Made by a program: the position numbers and the translations under genes
Shown here: one piece after another, positions 42,659 through 52,114 of the stretch
Layout: each line of letters opens with the position of its first letter
How positions within the stretch are numbered: position 1 is the stretch's first letter
Notes under the pieces: model-generated
What the model saw: the letters and a program-made list of their open reading frames with translations, nothing else
What the model was told of the DNA's origin: nothing
Databases searched by the model: none
NCBI GenBank assembly: GCA_963732385.1
Contig: CAVSZB010000007.1
Location: 224,001-288,000, forward strand
Source: an uncultured bacterium
GTDB lineage: Bacteria > Krumholzibacteriota > Krumholzibacteriia > LZORAL124-64-63
Direction: 5' to 3'
Length of the DNA stretch: 64,000 nt

Positions 42659-43219
42659 ATGAACAGAAGCATCGAGCGGATTCTTATCACCGGCCTGGCG
42701 GTCTGTGGGGCAATGTGGCTGACCGGCGGCATCGCGGTGGCGCAGACTCCCGTCGCCACGGCGGGGGACGACGACCCGGCCCTGGAAATGTCGCTCGACG
42801 AGGAGACGGGGTGGCAGGGCGAGGATGACGCCGCCGCCGCGCTGGAGGCCGTCGATTCCTCCTCGCCGTCGCAGGAAGCGGCCGTGAAGCTGCAGGAACT
42901 GCGTCGCAACGAGTTTTTCTACCAGTCCTATGGACGCGGTGATCCTTTCAAGACGCTGGTGGCCGGCAAGTTCGAAGGTACGACCAGCGGAGACCTCGTC
43001 GACGTCGGCAGTGGCCGGCTGGTCGGCGTGATGTGGGGCCCGGACGACCAGTTCGCTCTCGTTGAGGACGGCAATGGCTTCGGTTACATCCTGCGGGTCG
43101 GCGATCCGGTGCAGAACGGACGCGTCGTGAGCATTCGCAAGAACTCGCTCACCGCGAAGATCACCCTGTACGGGATCACCACGTCGGTGACCCTCAAGCT
43201 CGAGAAATCGGAGGGCTAG
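42659..43219 (+). CDS. pilP: Type IV pilus assembly protein PilP-like
   Basis: Y...GRGDPF, LVGVMW...ALVED..GYILRVGD; located between pilO and pilQ; no lipobox at the predicted cleavage site. Confidence 0.8.
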   Translation: MNRSIERILITGLAVCGAMWLTGGIAVAQTPVATAGDDDPALEMSLDEETGWQGEDDAAAALEAVDSSSPSQEAAVKLQELRRNEFFYQSYGRGDPFKTLVAGKFEGTTSGDLVDVGSGRLVGVMWGPDDQFALVEDGNGFGYILRVGDPVQNGRVVSIRKNSLTAKITLYGITTSVTLKLEKSEG

Positions 43220-43221
43220 AT

Positions 43222-44994
43222 ATGTTCGCACGGTTCCGCTCCGCAGCCTTGTGTGCGGCCAGCCTGGCACTCGTGCTGCTTCTCACGCAGCCCGGCACAG
43301 CCGGCGCCGCGGGGCACGTCACCGATGTGCTGTGGTCTCCCGTGGCGGGCGGCGGCCAGCTCCAGGTGGTCGCGGCCGGAGACGTGGTCTTCACCGTGGC
43401 CAATCTGGCCGGTCCCGACCGTCTCGTTATCGATTGTCTCGGCGGCGAGCCGCAGCGGGTGCTGTCGCCCTCGCTGCCCGCGGACGGTCCCGTGCGGGCG
43501 GTGACGGTCGAGTCGCGCGACACCGCCGGTGCCCCCGGCACGCGCCTGATCTGCACGCTGGCCGCAGGCTGGACCTACCGCACGCGCCAGCTCCCGGGAC
43601 GCCTTACGGTCACTTTCGACTCCGCGGCAGCCCACGGCTGGCCCGGCCCGTTGGCGCCCGAGCTGCTCGACGCGCGGCAGGGGCTGCCGTCGTCCGCCTG
43701 GGCGGGTGGCGCGCTGACGCCGGCCGACCCGGCGCTGCTGGAGCTCACGCCCGGCCGGGACAACGGCAAGACGGTCTCGCTGGACGTCCAGGGTTCCGAG
43801 ATCGGCACCGTGCTCCGCTCGCTGGCCAGCTACTCGGGCACGAACATCGTGGCTTCGCCCCGCGTGACAGGCAAAGTCACGGTCAGGATCGACGGCGTGC
43901 CGTGGCGCGAGGCGATGACCGTAATCCTGCGCGCCCACGGCTATGACTACATCGAGGAATACGGCATCATCCGGGTCGATACCGCGGATGAACTGCGCAA
44001 GGAGGCGGTGGAGGGCAAGCGGGCCGACCGTGCCTCCGACGACCTCGAGCCTCTCGTCATGGGCATGGTCGGCATCGACTACGCCAACGCGGAAGAGGTC
44101 AAGGGCTCGCTCAAGCAGATGTTGACGAAGCGCGGCACCATCGAGATCGACAAGCGCACCAACACCCTGATCGTGAGCGACATCCAGTCGCAGGTCGATC
44201 TCGTCAAGGAGGCCGCGCGCAGCCTCGATACGCGCACGCCGCAGGTCGAGATCAATGCTCGTCTGGTGGACATGGATCTGCGCGCCTCGCGTGAGCTGGG
44301 CATCGTCTGGTCGGCCAACAACGTCAAGGTCGACGGCGTCAACGCAGTGGGGAGCGGCTCGGTCAACGCGCCCATCCAGGGTCCGGCCGGCTCGCTCCGT
44401 TTCGGCACCGTGCAGTCGTATGGCGATCTCGCCCTCAACCTGCAGGCGCTGGAGGCGGCGAACCTGGCTCACCTGATCTCCAATCCGATCATCACTACGA
44501 CCGACAACCGCGAGGCGAGTATCCTGGTCGGCCAGAAGATCCCGCTCATCGTGCAGGACCAGGCCGGCAATGCCATCACGCAATTGACCACGATCGGCAT
44601 CCTGCTCAAGGTGACGCCACACATCAACAGCAACGAGAAGATCACGCTCGACCTGCACAACGAGGTGAGCGACCTCTCCTCGCAGGCGACGGTGCAGGGC
44701 GGGGTCATCATCAACACGAGCGAGTCCGACACGCGGGTGCTGGTGCAGAACAACGAGACGGCGATCATCGGCGGGCTGATCCGCTCCGTGGAGGCCGAAC
44801 TGAGCAACGGGGTGCCGGTGCTGCAGGACCTGCCGCTGCTGGGGGCGCTGTTCCGGCACTCGACCACCACCAAGAACAGCCGTGAACTGGTCATTTTCGT
44901 GACGCCGCGCATCGTGACCGACGAGTACCTGATGCGCGACAAACTGACCATGGAAAGCCGGACGGAATACAAGCCGGACGACTACAAGTTCTAA
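43222..44994 (+). CDS. pilQ: Type IV pilus secretin with AMIN domain
   Basis: PDRLVID (AMIN), SLD.Q, VPW..A, D.RTNTLIV, PQVEINARLV, VPVLQDLPLLGALFR, ELVIFVTPRI. Confidence 0.95.
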   Translation: MFARFRSAALCAASLALVLLLTQPGTAGAAGHVTDVLWSPVAGGGQLQVVAAGDVVFTVANLAGPDRLVIDCLGGEPQRVLSPSLPADGPVRAVTVESRDTAGAPGTRLICTLAAGWTYRTRQLPGRLTVTFDSAAAHGWPGPLAPELLDARQGLPSSAWAGGALTPADPALLELTPGRDNGKTVSLDVQGSEIGTVLRSLASYSGTNIVASPRVTGKVTVRIDGVPWREAMTVILRAHGYDYIEEYGIIRVDTADELRKEAVEGKRADRASDDLEPLVMGMVGIDYANAEEVKGSLKQMLTKRGTIEIDKRTNTLIVSDIQSQVDLVKEAARSLDTRTPQVEINARLVDMDLRASRELGIVWSANNVKVDGVNAVGSGSVNAPIQGPAGSLRFGTVQSYGDLALNLQALEAANLAHLISNPIITTTDNREASILVGQKIPLIVQDQAGNAITQLTTIGILLKVTPHINSNEKITLDLHNEVSDLSSQATVQGGVIINTSESDTRVLVQNNETAIIGGLIRSVEAELSNGVPVLQDLPLLGALFRHSTTTKNSRELVIFVTPRIVTDEYLMRDKLTMESRTEYKPDDYKF

Positions 44995-45017
44995 GCCGCG
45001 ACAACGCGGCGGAATGC

Positions 45018-45056
45018 GGAGAGGCCGGGGCAGGGCTTGCCTCGGCCTCTCCTTTT
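45018..45056 (+). terminator. Rho-independent terminator after pilQ
   Basis: GGAGAGGCCGGGGCA/TGCCTCGGCCTCTCC stem (one G-U pair) followed by TTTT. Confidence 0.8.
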
Positions 45057-45065
45057 GTCTATGCT
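45037..45065 (+). promoter_or_regulatory. Sigma70-like promoter for the aroK operon, overlapping the terminator
   Basis: TTGCCT-N17-TATGCT. Confidence 0.45.
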
Positions 45066-45100
45066 CCGCGCGCGCGTCCGCGGCGCAGCGGGATGGAAGC

Positions 45101-45637
45101 ATGTGGATCAGCCTCGTGGGATTCATGGGCAGTGGCAAGAGTTCGGTCGCCCGGGTTTTGGGGGAGCGAGCCCTGCTGACTGTCGTGGACCTCGATCTCG
45201 AGGTGGAGCGGCGGGCCGACCTGACGGTGCCGGAAATCTTTGCGCGAGACGGGGTGGACGGTTTCCGCCGCCGGGAACTCGAGGCGCTGGCCACGCTCGA
45301 CCGGACGGCGCCCCTGCTGATCGCGGCTGGCGGCGGCGTGGTAGAGACGCCTGAATGCACCGCGCTTCTGCGCGACGGTGGCGCGGTCTTCTGGCTGGAC
45401 GCCCCCTGGGAGACCCTGCGCCGCCGGATCGAGCAGGCGGACGCCCCCCGGCGCCCCCTGTTGCGGCACCTGGGCTGGGAGGGGCTGGAGCGGTTGCAGC
45501 GGCGGCGGCAGCGGCTCTACGCCCGGGCTGCACACTTCCGCCTGCGCACCGACCTGACCGGACCAGGCACGGCGGCGCGGGCGATCCTGACCCGCAGCCT
45601 GGTCTGGCAGCGCCGTGGTGACGGGGCGGCGGCATGA
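45101..45637 (+). CDS. aroK: Shikimate kinase
   Basis: LVGFMGSGKS, DLD..VE, FR..E, GGG, RPLL. Confidence 0.9.
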   Translation: MWISLVGFMGSGKSSVARVLGERALLTVVDLDLEVERRADLTVPEIFARDGVDGFRRRELEALATLDRTAPLLIAAGGGVVETPECTALLRDGGAVFWLDAPWETLRRRIEQADAPRRPLLRHLGWEGLERLQRRRQRLYARAAHFRLRTDLTGPGTAARAILTRSLVWQRRGDGAAA

Positions 45638-46188
45638 TGCGCGTTATTGCGGGCGTCTGGCGCGGGCGACGCCTGGCGGCGTTGCCGGGAACGGAGATCC
45701 GGCCGACCATGGGCCGCGTGCGCGAGGCGCTCTTTTCGATTCTCGGCGCACGGATCGTTGGCGCGGCGGTGGCGGACCTCTGCTGCGGCGCCGGCGCACT
45801 CGGCATCGAGGCGCTCAGCCGGGGGGCGGCGCGGGTTGACTTTGTCGACGTCTCGGCGCACGCCCTGGCGGTGACGGAGAAGAATCTGCGTCTCTGCGGC
45901 GCCGCGACGGCAGCGTACGCACGGCATCGTGCGGAGTCGTGCGACTGGCTCGAGGCCCGGCTGGCCGCAGAGAGCGGGGCGCCCCTGATCGTCCTGGCCG
46001 ACCCTCCCTACGCCACGGAAGTGGCGGAGCGGCTGCTCGTGGCGCTGGCCCGGTGGCCGGCGTCGGGCCTGCTGGCCGCGGTCGTTGAGCATGGCGCGGA
46101 GGGGGCGCCGGCGCCGCCCGAATCGGGACCGTGGCGGATCCGACGCCGGGTCTACGGACATTCGGCTCTCACCATCCTGGAGGCGTGA
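45634..46188 (+). CDS. rsmD: 16S rRNA m2G966 methyltransferase
   Basis: MRVIAG.WRGRRL, RPT..RVREALF, GIEALSRGA, DPPY. Confidence 0.92.
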   Translation: MMRVIAGVWRGRRLAALPGTEIRPTMGRVREALFSILGARIVGAAVADLCCGAGALGIEALSRGAARVDFVDVSAHALAVTEKNLRLCGAATAAYARHRAESCDWLEARLAAESGAPLIVLADPPYATEVAERLLVALARWPASGLLAAVVEHGAEGAPAPPESGPWRIRRRVYGHSALTILEA

Positions 46189-46190
46189 CC

Positions 46191-46682
46191 GTGGCGGACC
46201 GACTCGCGCTATATGCAGGGACCTTCGATCCCGTCACGCATGGGCACCTCGACATTTTACGGCGCGCCCTGGCGCTGTTCGATCGGGTCACGGTTGCGGT
46301 GGCTGCCGGGGGCAAGCAGACGCTCTTCACGCTGGACGAACGGCTCGCCCTGGTGCGCGCCTGCACGGCTGATCTGGACCGGTGCCTCGTCATGCCGCTG
46401 CCCGGCCTGCTGGTGGACGAGGTGAGCCGGTCCGGCGCCGTGGCGGTCGTGCGGGGAATCCGCTCGCTCGGCGACTACCACCACGAATGGTCGATGGAGG
46501 CGATGAACCGCGCGCTCTCCCCGGAGTGCGAAACGGTCTTCCTGCTGGCGCGCCAGGAACTGGCCATGCTCAGCAGCAGTCTGGTGCGCGAGGTGGCGCG
46601 GCTGGGCGGTGACGTGGCGCCGTTCGTGCCGGAGGCGGTCGCCGACGCGTTGCGCGGGCGTTCGGGCGGCGGGTGGACATGA
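46191..46682 (+). CDS. coaD: Phosphopantetheine adenylyltransferase
   Basis: YAGTFDPVTHGHLD, VRGIR, SSSLVREVA. Confidence 0.95.
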   Translation: MADRLALYAGTFDPVTHGHLDILRRALALFDRVTVAVAAGGKQTLFTLDERLALVRACTADLDRCLVMPLPGLLVDEVSRSGAVAVVRGIRSLGDYHHEWSMEAMNRALSPECETVFLLARQELAMLSSSLVREVARLGGDVAPFVPEAVADALRGRSGGGWT

Positions 46683-47707
46683 GTCTTGCTGTCCTGCTCG
46701 ACGCGCTCGCGGAAGAGCGCGGCTGGGCGGCGCGCCTGCGCGAAAGGGCGTCAGGTGCGGCGCCCCGCCGCGTGGCGTTGCCTGAGGCCGACGACCCACG
46801 CGTGCTGATCGCCGCCGGCGCGCTTGCGGCGAGTGGCTTGGCACGTCCCCTGCTGATCGGTCGCCGGCCCGTGGCCGGTCTGCCGGCCGAGCTCGCGCGG
46901 CGCCTGCCCGAGGAGGTCTGGCGCGACCCCACGGCGGACGCGGAGCGGGCGCTGACGGCGCAGTGGCTCCTGCGCCGCCGCCGTGACCGCGGGTTGACGC
47001 CCGGACAGGCGCATGTCCTGGCGGCGAGTCCGCTGTATCACGCGGCGGTGCTGGTCGCGCGAGGCGAGGCCGACGCGCTGGTGGCCGGCGCCGCCACACC
47101 GACGGCCGAGGTGCTGCGCGCCGCCCTCTGGGCGATCGGGACGGCAGAGGGTCGGCGCACGGTGTGCGGGGCGTTCGTGATGCTGCCGCCCGGCGCCGCC
47201 GCGGCGCCGTTGATCTTCGCCGACTGTGCCGTGGTGCCGCAGCCGGACGAGGACCAGTTGGTGGAGATCGGTGGGGCGGCGGGGGGGACCTTCCGGTCGC
47301 TCACCGGCCGCGATCCGGCGGTGGCGTATCTGTCCTTCTCGACGCGCGGTTCGGCACCGCACCCGGCGGCCGGACCGCCGGCGCGGGCGGCGGCGCGGCT
47401 GGCGGCTGCGCAACCGGGCTGGCGTGTGGCGGGGGAACTGCAGGCCGACGCGGCGCTCGTACCGGAGGTGGGGCGGGCGAAAGGGATCGATTGGGGAGCT
47501 GGGGCGGGCGCGGATGTGCTCATCTTCCCCGATCTGGGCAGCGGCAACATCGGCTGCAAGCTCGTGGAACGGCTGGGGGGGTGGCGCGCGGTCGGACCGC
47601 TTCTGCTCGGCCTGCGCCGGCCGGCCTGCGACCTGAGCCGCGGCTGTTCGGCTCTGGACATCGTGGATTCCGCTGCGGCGCTGGCGTTGCTTGGCGGCGA
47701 AGGGTAG
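46679..47707 (+). CDS. pta: Phosphate acetyl/butyryltransferase
   Basis: LPEADDPRVL, FADCAV, LSFSTRGS, GELQADAA, FPDLGSGNI, DLSRG. Confidence 0.88.
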   Translation: MSLAVLLDALAEERGWAARLRERASGAAPRRVALPEADDPRVLIAAGALAASGLARPLLIGRRPVAGLPAELARRLPEEVWRDPTADAERALTAQWLLRRRRDRGLTPGQAHVLAASPLYHAAVLVARGEADALVAGAATPTAEVLRAALWAIGTAEGRRTVCGAFVMLPPGAAAAPLIFADCAVVPQPDEDQLVEIGGAAGGTFRSLTGRDPAVAYLSFSTRGSAPHPAAGPPARAAARLAAAQPGWRVAGELQADAALVPEVGRAKGIDWGAGAGADVLIFPDLGSGNIGCKLVERLGGWRAVGPLLLGLRRPACDLSRGCSALDIVDSAAALALLGGEG

Positions 47708-48730
47708 ATGCCCGTGTTCATGGATGTGGTGGAAATCGAGATCGAGGCGGGCGGGGGCGGCGACGGTTGCGTGTCGTTCCGGCGCGAGAAATTCGTGCCC
47801 CGCGGCGGACCCGACGGAGGTACGGGGGGCGATGGCGGCTCGATCTGGATCGTGGCATCGCCCGAGCGGGGCACCCTGCTCGATTTCCGCTACCGTCGCC
47901 GCTACCACGCGTCGCGCGGCGAGCACGGGCAGGGGAGCAACAAGACCGGCTCCGACGGCGCCGAGCTCGAGATCACGGTGCCCTGCGGCACCGCGGTGTT
48001 CGACGCCGCCTCGGGCGATCTGCTGGGCGAGCTGCTGGCCGGGGGCGACCGCCTGCGGGTGGCCCGCGGCGGGCGCGGAGGGCGCGGCAACCGCGACTTC
48101 CGCACCGCTACGCGGCAGGCGCCGGATCGGGCGCAGGCGGGACGTCCAGGTGAACAGAGGCGTCTGCGCCTGGAATTGAAACTGCTGGCCGATATCGGCC
48201 TGATCGGTCTGCCCAATGCCGGAAAATCCACGCTCCTGGCGCGCCTGACCGCGGCGCGCCCGAAGGTGGCCGACTATCCCTTTACCACGCTGGTGCCAAA
48301 TCTCGGCATCGCCGACCTGGGCGATTTCGTCAGTTGCACGGTGGCCGATATCCCGGGCCTGGTGGAGGGCGCCAGCGAGGGACGCGGGCTGGGGCTTGAG
48401 TTCCTGCGCCATGTCGAGCGGACCCGGGCCCTGCTCTTTCTGGTGGACGCGGCGGCCGGGCCGGTCGCGCCGGTACTGACCACCCTGCGTGACGAACTCG
48501 TCAACTACGGACGACGACTTCCCGACCTGCCGTTTGCCGTGGTGGTCACGAAACAGGATCTGCTGCCACAGGAGGCCGGAGCGACTGCGGTGGTCGAGGC
48601 GCAGGCATGGGCGCGTGACCACGGCGGGGTCGCCACCCTGGGGATCTCCGCCGCGACCGGCGCGGGGATCGACGAGCTGCAGCGGCTCCTGCGCCGCCTC
48701 TATCGGGATTCCCTGCCCGTCTCTTCCTGA
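47708..48730 (+). CDS. obgE: GTPase ObgE/CgtA
   Basis: SFRREKFVP.GGPDGG, GLPNAGKST, YPFTTL.P, DIPGLVEGA, LRHVER. Confidence 0.97.
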   Translation: MPVFMDVVEIEIEAGGGGDGCVSFRREKFVPRGGPDGGTGGDGGSIWIVASPERGTLLDFRYRRRYHASRGEHGQGSNKTGSDGAELEITVPCGTAVFDAASGDLLGELLAGGDRLRVARGGRGGRGNRDFRTATRQAPDRAQAGRPGEQRRLRLELKLLADIGLIGLPNAGKSTLLARLTAARPKVADYPFTTLVPNLGIADLGDFVSCTVADIPGLVEGASEGRGLGLEFLRHVERTRALLFLVDAAAGPVAPVLTTLRDELVNYGRRLPDLPFAVVVTKQDLLPQEAGATAVVEAQAWARDHGGVATLGISAATGAGIDELQRLLRRLYRDSLPVSS

Positions 48731-48785
48731 CGCGCGGGCTCTACCGGCCAGCCCTCCCGACCGCCTCCCGGAATGGAGCTTTGCC

Positions 48786-49703
48786 ATGCCTGCGGGCGTG
48801 CCGTCTGTCCGTCCGGCGCCGGGATGGCGCCTCGATCCGGCCGATCCCTGCTGGCCTCCGCTCTGGCGCGAGATCCCCGATCCCCCGGTCACCCTCGAAG
48901 GGAGGGGACGGGTGGCCTGTCTGACCCGGCCCGCGCTCGCCATCGTCGGCACGCGGCTGGCCACGCCGCGTGGACTGGCCGTGGCCCGGCGACTGGCCGG
49001 GGAACTGGCCGCCGTCGGCTGGGTGATCGTCAGCGGGCTGGCGCGCGGCATCGATGCGGCCGCCCACGAGGGGGCGCTGGCGGCGGGGGGCGAGACCGTG
49101 GCTTTCGTGGCCCACGGTGTCGACCGCACCTACCCGCCGCAGCACGCCAGACTGCGGTCCCGCATCGAGGCGCAGGGCTGCGTCGCCACCGAACTGCCGC
49201 GAGGCGCGCGGCCGGAACCTGGGCATTTCCCCCTGCGCAACCGGCTGGTGGCCGGGATGGTGCGGGGGGTTGTGGTTGTCGAAGCTCCGCTGAAGAGTGG
49301 TGCGATGATCACCGCGCGTCTCAGCCTCGAGTACAATCGCGAGGTGATGGCGGTGCCGGGCCCGGTGGAGGCGCGTCAGAGCCGCGGCTGCCACGAGCTC
49401 ATTCGGCAGGGGGCGGTACTGGTGACCTCGACCGCCGACGTGCTCGACCTGCTGCTGCCGCCCGGCCCGTCGCTCGGGGAGTCGGTGCCGGGGGCGGAGA
49501 CCGGGGCGGCCGTGCCGGCCGGCGGGGCAGTGCGCTGGCTCTGGGAACGGATCGATCTCGACGGAATCCCGCTCGCGCAACTGCAGGCCCGCTGGCGTGG
49601 CGCCTCCGGTGCGCTGTCCGAGGCTCTGCTCACGCTGGAACTCGCGCGGCTGATCCGGCGATTGCCGGGCGGACGCGTCGCCCGTAGAGTCTGGGCAGCT
49701 TGA
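48786..49703 (+). CDS. dprA: DNA-processing protein DprA (no N-terminal SAM domain)
   Basis: AIVGTR, VSGLARGID.AAH, YP..H, FPLRNRLVAG, VVEA..KSGA.ITA; C-terminal winged helix. Confidence 0.92.
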   Translation: MPAGVPSVRPAPGWRLDPADPCWPPLWREIPDPPVTLEGRGRVACLTRPALAIVGTRLATPRGLAVARRLAGELAAVGWVIVSGLARGIDAAAHEGALAAGGETVAFVAHGVDRTYPPQHARLRSRIEAQGCVATELPRGARPEPGHFPLRNRLVAGMVRGVVVVEAPLKSGAMITARLSLEYNREVMAVPGPVEARQSRGCHELIRQGAVLVTSTADVLDLLLPPGPSLGESVPGAETGAAVPAGGAVRWLWERIDLDGIPLAQLQARWRGASGALSEALLTLELARLIRRLPGGRVARRVWAA

Positions 49704-49745
49704 CGCGTTCCGGCGCCGGCCGGCCGCGGGGAAGGGGTACAGGCC

Positions 49746-50660
49746 GTGGGCAGGGGCAGCAAGCGCGGACGCTGGCTGGTGGAGTATGCCGCGCTCTATC
49801 CGCTCTTTCTTTTGGCGCGGTGGCTGCCGCGGAGCCTGCTCGTGGCGTTGGGGCGGGGCGCCGGCCGGTTCGCCTTCGAGGTGCTCAGGGTGCGCCGCAA
49901 CGTGACTCTGACGAATCTGCGTGTCGCTCTCGGCGGGGAGGTCGATCCGCGACAACTGTGCCGGCTGGGAGCGCTCGTCTACGCGAACCTTGGCGCCACC
50001 CTGATGGAATTCTGCAAACTGTACGACAGCCGGCCCGCTCAGATCCGGGCCCTGGTGGAGATCGAAGGGCGTGAGCACCTCGACGCCTGTCGGCGGCAGG
50101 GACGGGGTGCGATCCTCACCACGGGTCATTTCGGCAACTGGGAACTGCTGGGCGCGTCGGTCTCCGCGAACGGCTATCCGGTGAGCTACCTGATCAAGGA
50201 CCAGTCGAATCCCTGGGTGCACCGGCTGCAGAACGAGATCCGCCGCCGCGGAGGCATGGGCGTGATCCGCCTGGGGACCGGCGCCCGGCAAGTCCTGTAC
50301 GCGCTGCGGCGCCGCGAATTCGTCGGGATCGTCGGGGACCAGGATGCCGGCCCCGATGGGCTTTTCCTGGACTTCCTCGGCCGTCAGGCTTCGGTCGCGC
50401 GCGGCATGGCCTACTTCGCCTGGCGGGCCGGGGTGCCGATCATCCCATGCTACATCCTGCGTCTCGGGAACGGGCGCCACCGGGCCGTCTTCGGGGCGCC
50501 GATCGAGGCCGACCCGGCCTGGGACGAGGAGACCGCCGTACGTGAGCTGACCCGCGCCCACACCACGGCTCTGGCGGCTGTCATCCTGGCCCACCCCGAG
50601 CACTACTTCTGGGTGCATCGACGCTGGAAGACTCGCCCCCACGCGGAGCAGGGCGACTAG
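49746..50660 (+). CDS. Lipid A lauroyl/late acyltransferase (LpxL/HtrB family)
   Basis: GHFGNWE, GDQD, PEHYFWVHRRWKTRP. Confidence 0.88.
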   Translation: MGRGSKRGRWLVEYAALYPLFLLARWLPRSLLVALGRGAGRFAFEVLRVRRNVTLTNLRVALGGEVDPRQLCRLGALVYANLGATLMEFCKLYDSRPAQIRALVEIEGREHLDACRRQGRGAILTTGHFGNWELLGASVSANGYPVSYLIKDQSNPWVHRLQNEIRRRGGMGVIRLGTGARQVLYALRRREFVGIVGDQDAGPDGLFLDFLGRQASVARGMAYFAWRAGVPIIPCYILRLGNGRHRAVFGAPIEADPAWDEETAVRELTRAHTTALAAVILAHPEHYFWVHRRWKTRPHAEQGD

Positions 50661-50677
50661 GTGCCGGCGCGCCGCGT

Positions 50678-50977
50678 CTACTCTCCGGAGTGGAAGCCGA
50701 TCGACCCCTGACCATCCTGCCCCGGCAGCTTGATCTCTCCGAACGTGTGTTCGTAGCGCTCCAGGTTCGTGCCCAGCGTGCGGTGCAGCGCCTTGGCGTT
50801 CTGGGGCGTCATGATGATGCGCGCGAACACGCGGCTTTTGGCCAGGCCCGGCATCAGGCGCGCGAAATCGATGATGAACTCGGACGGACTGTGGGAAATG
50901 AAGGCGAGGTTGCTGTAGATACCCTCGGCCTCCTTCTCGCCAAGGTCGACCTGGATGCGGGCCTGCGGCTTGTCCAC
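50678..50977 (-). CDS. DUF3467 family protein
   Basis: GTG after AGGAGGAG; EGIYSNLAFISHSPSEFIIDF...RIIMTPQNAK; the only minus-strand gene supported in the window. Confidence 0.85.
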   Translation of the reverse strand: MDKPQARIQVDLGEKEAEGIYSNLAFISHSPSEFIIDFARLMPGLAKSRVFARIIMTPQNAKALHRTLGTNLERYEHTFGEIKLPGQDGQGSIGFHSGE

Positions 50978-51067
50978 TGAGCGCTCCTCCTGACATGGGG
51001 GAAGAGAATTTGCACCATCATAAACGGCGGCGGAGCGCCTGGCCAGCGCCGTCGCGCGGGCGGGTCG

Positions 51068-51096
51068 TTGACACCCGCCCGACCCGGTGATAATTT
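51068..51096 (+). promoter_or_regulatory. Sigma70 promoter for hldA-hldC
   Basis: TTGACA-N17-TAATTT with extended -10 TG. Confidence 0.55.
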
Positions 51097-51148
51097 GCGC
51101 GGGCGGCCGCCCGGAGCGGGCCGGGCCGGGGCGCGGGGGAGCGGATGC

Positions 51149-52114
51149 ATGCCCTATCGCGAGTTTCTGAAGCGTTTCGACGGGCTGCGTCTGGCGGTCT
51201 GCGGGGACGTCATGGTCGATCGGTTCCTGTGGGGCCGGGTCGATCGGATCAGTCCCGAGGCACCGGTGCCGGTGGTGCGTCTCGAGCGGGAAACCGCGAA
51301 TCTCGGCGGCGCCGCCAACGTGGCCAACAACATCCGCGCGCTTGGCGCCGCAGTGACGCTGGTGGGGGTGGTCGGCGAGGACGACACCTCCAGTGAGTTG
51401 AGGGCGATGTTGGTCGACCGCGGCATTGACGACGCGGGGCTGCTGTCCCTGGGCGGACGTCCCACCACCCTCAAGACCCGCATCATCGCCCACAGCCAGC
51501 AGGTCGTGCGCACCGACGTGGAAAGCGATGCGGCTCTGACCGGCGCGGAAGAAGCGCGGCTGCTGGAACTGCTGCGCGCGTCAGGTCCCTACGACGCCGT
51601 GGTGTTGAGCGATTACGGCAAGGGGGTACTCTCCCCGTCCCTGCTGCCCGAGGTGATCGCCTGGGCGCGCGGCGCGGGGGCGATCCTCACGGTGGATCCC
51701 AAGCGGGGGGATTTCAGCCAGTACCGCGGTGTTACCTCGCTGACGCCCAACCAGAAAGAGGCGGGACAGGCCTGTTCCGCGGTGATCGGCGATCCGGAGA
51801 CCCTCGATCGGGTCGGACGGCTGTTGCGGGAACGGGTAGACGCCGAGGCGCTGCTCATCACCCGCGGCGAGCACGGCATGGCGCTCTACGAGCGGGGCGG
51901 CGCGATGCATCATCTGCCGACGGAGGCGACCGAGGTCTTCGACGTCACCGGCGCGGGTGACACGGTAATTGCCGCCTATACGACGGCGCTGGCCGCCGGC
52001 GCCTCCTGGCTGGAGGCGGCGAACTTCGCCAACCACGCCGCCGGCCTCGCGGTGCGGGAACTGGGCACTGCCGCGATCACGGCGGCCCAGATCGCGGAGG
52101 TCATGGGGCTGTGA
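51149..52114 (+). CDS. hldA: D-glycero-beta-D-manno-heptose-7-phosphate kinase (RfaE domain I)
   Basis: GDVMVD, RISPEAPVPV, GGAANVA, SDYGKG, DVTGAGDT. Confidence 0.93.
   Translation: MPYREFLKRFDGLRLAVCGDVMVDRFLWGRVDRISPEAPVPVVRLERETANLGGAANVANNIRALGAAVTLVGVVGEDDTSSELRAMLVDRGIDDAGLLSLGGRPTTLKTRIIAHSQQVVRTDVESDAALTGAEEARLLELLRASGPYDAVVLSDYGKGVLSPSLLPEVIAWARGAGAILTVDPKRGDFSQYRGVTSLTPNQKEAGQACSAVIGDPETLDRVGRLLRERVDAEALLITRGEHGMALYERGGAMHHLPTEATEVFDVTGAGDTVIAAYTTALAAGASWLEAANFANHAAGLAVRELGTAAITAAQIAEVMGL

Noticed and set aside
48489..48785. Longer dprA overlapping obgE; likewise the track's upstream extensions for ligA, pilB, pilM, sucC and the 9222, 6129 and 62177 ORFs
   Set aside because: The extensions overlap neighbouring genes and lack family features; downstream starts have an RBS or signal peptide.
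50978..51493. N-terminal extension of the minus-strand DUF3467 ORF (271 aa in the track)
   Set aside because: Overlaps hldA; a strong AGGAGGAG RBS supports GTG 50977.
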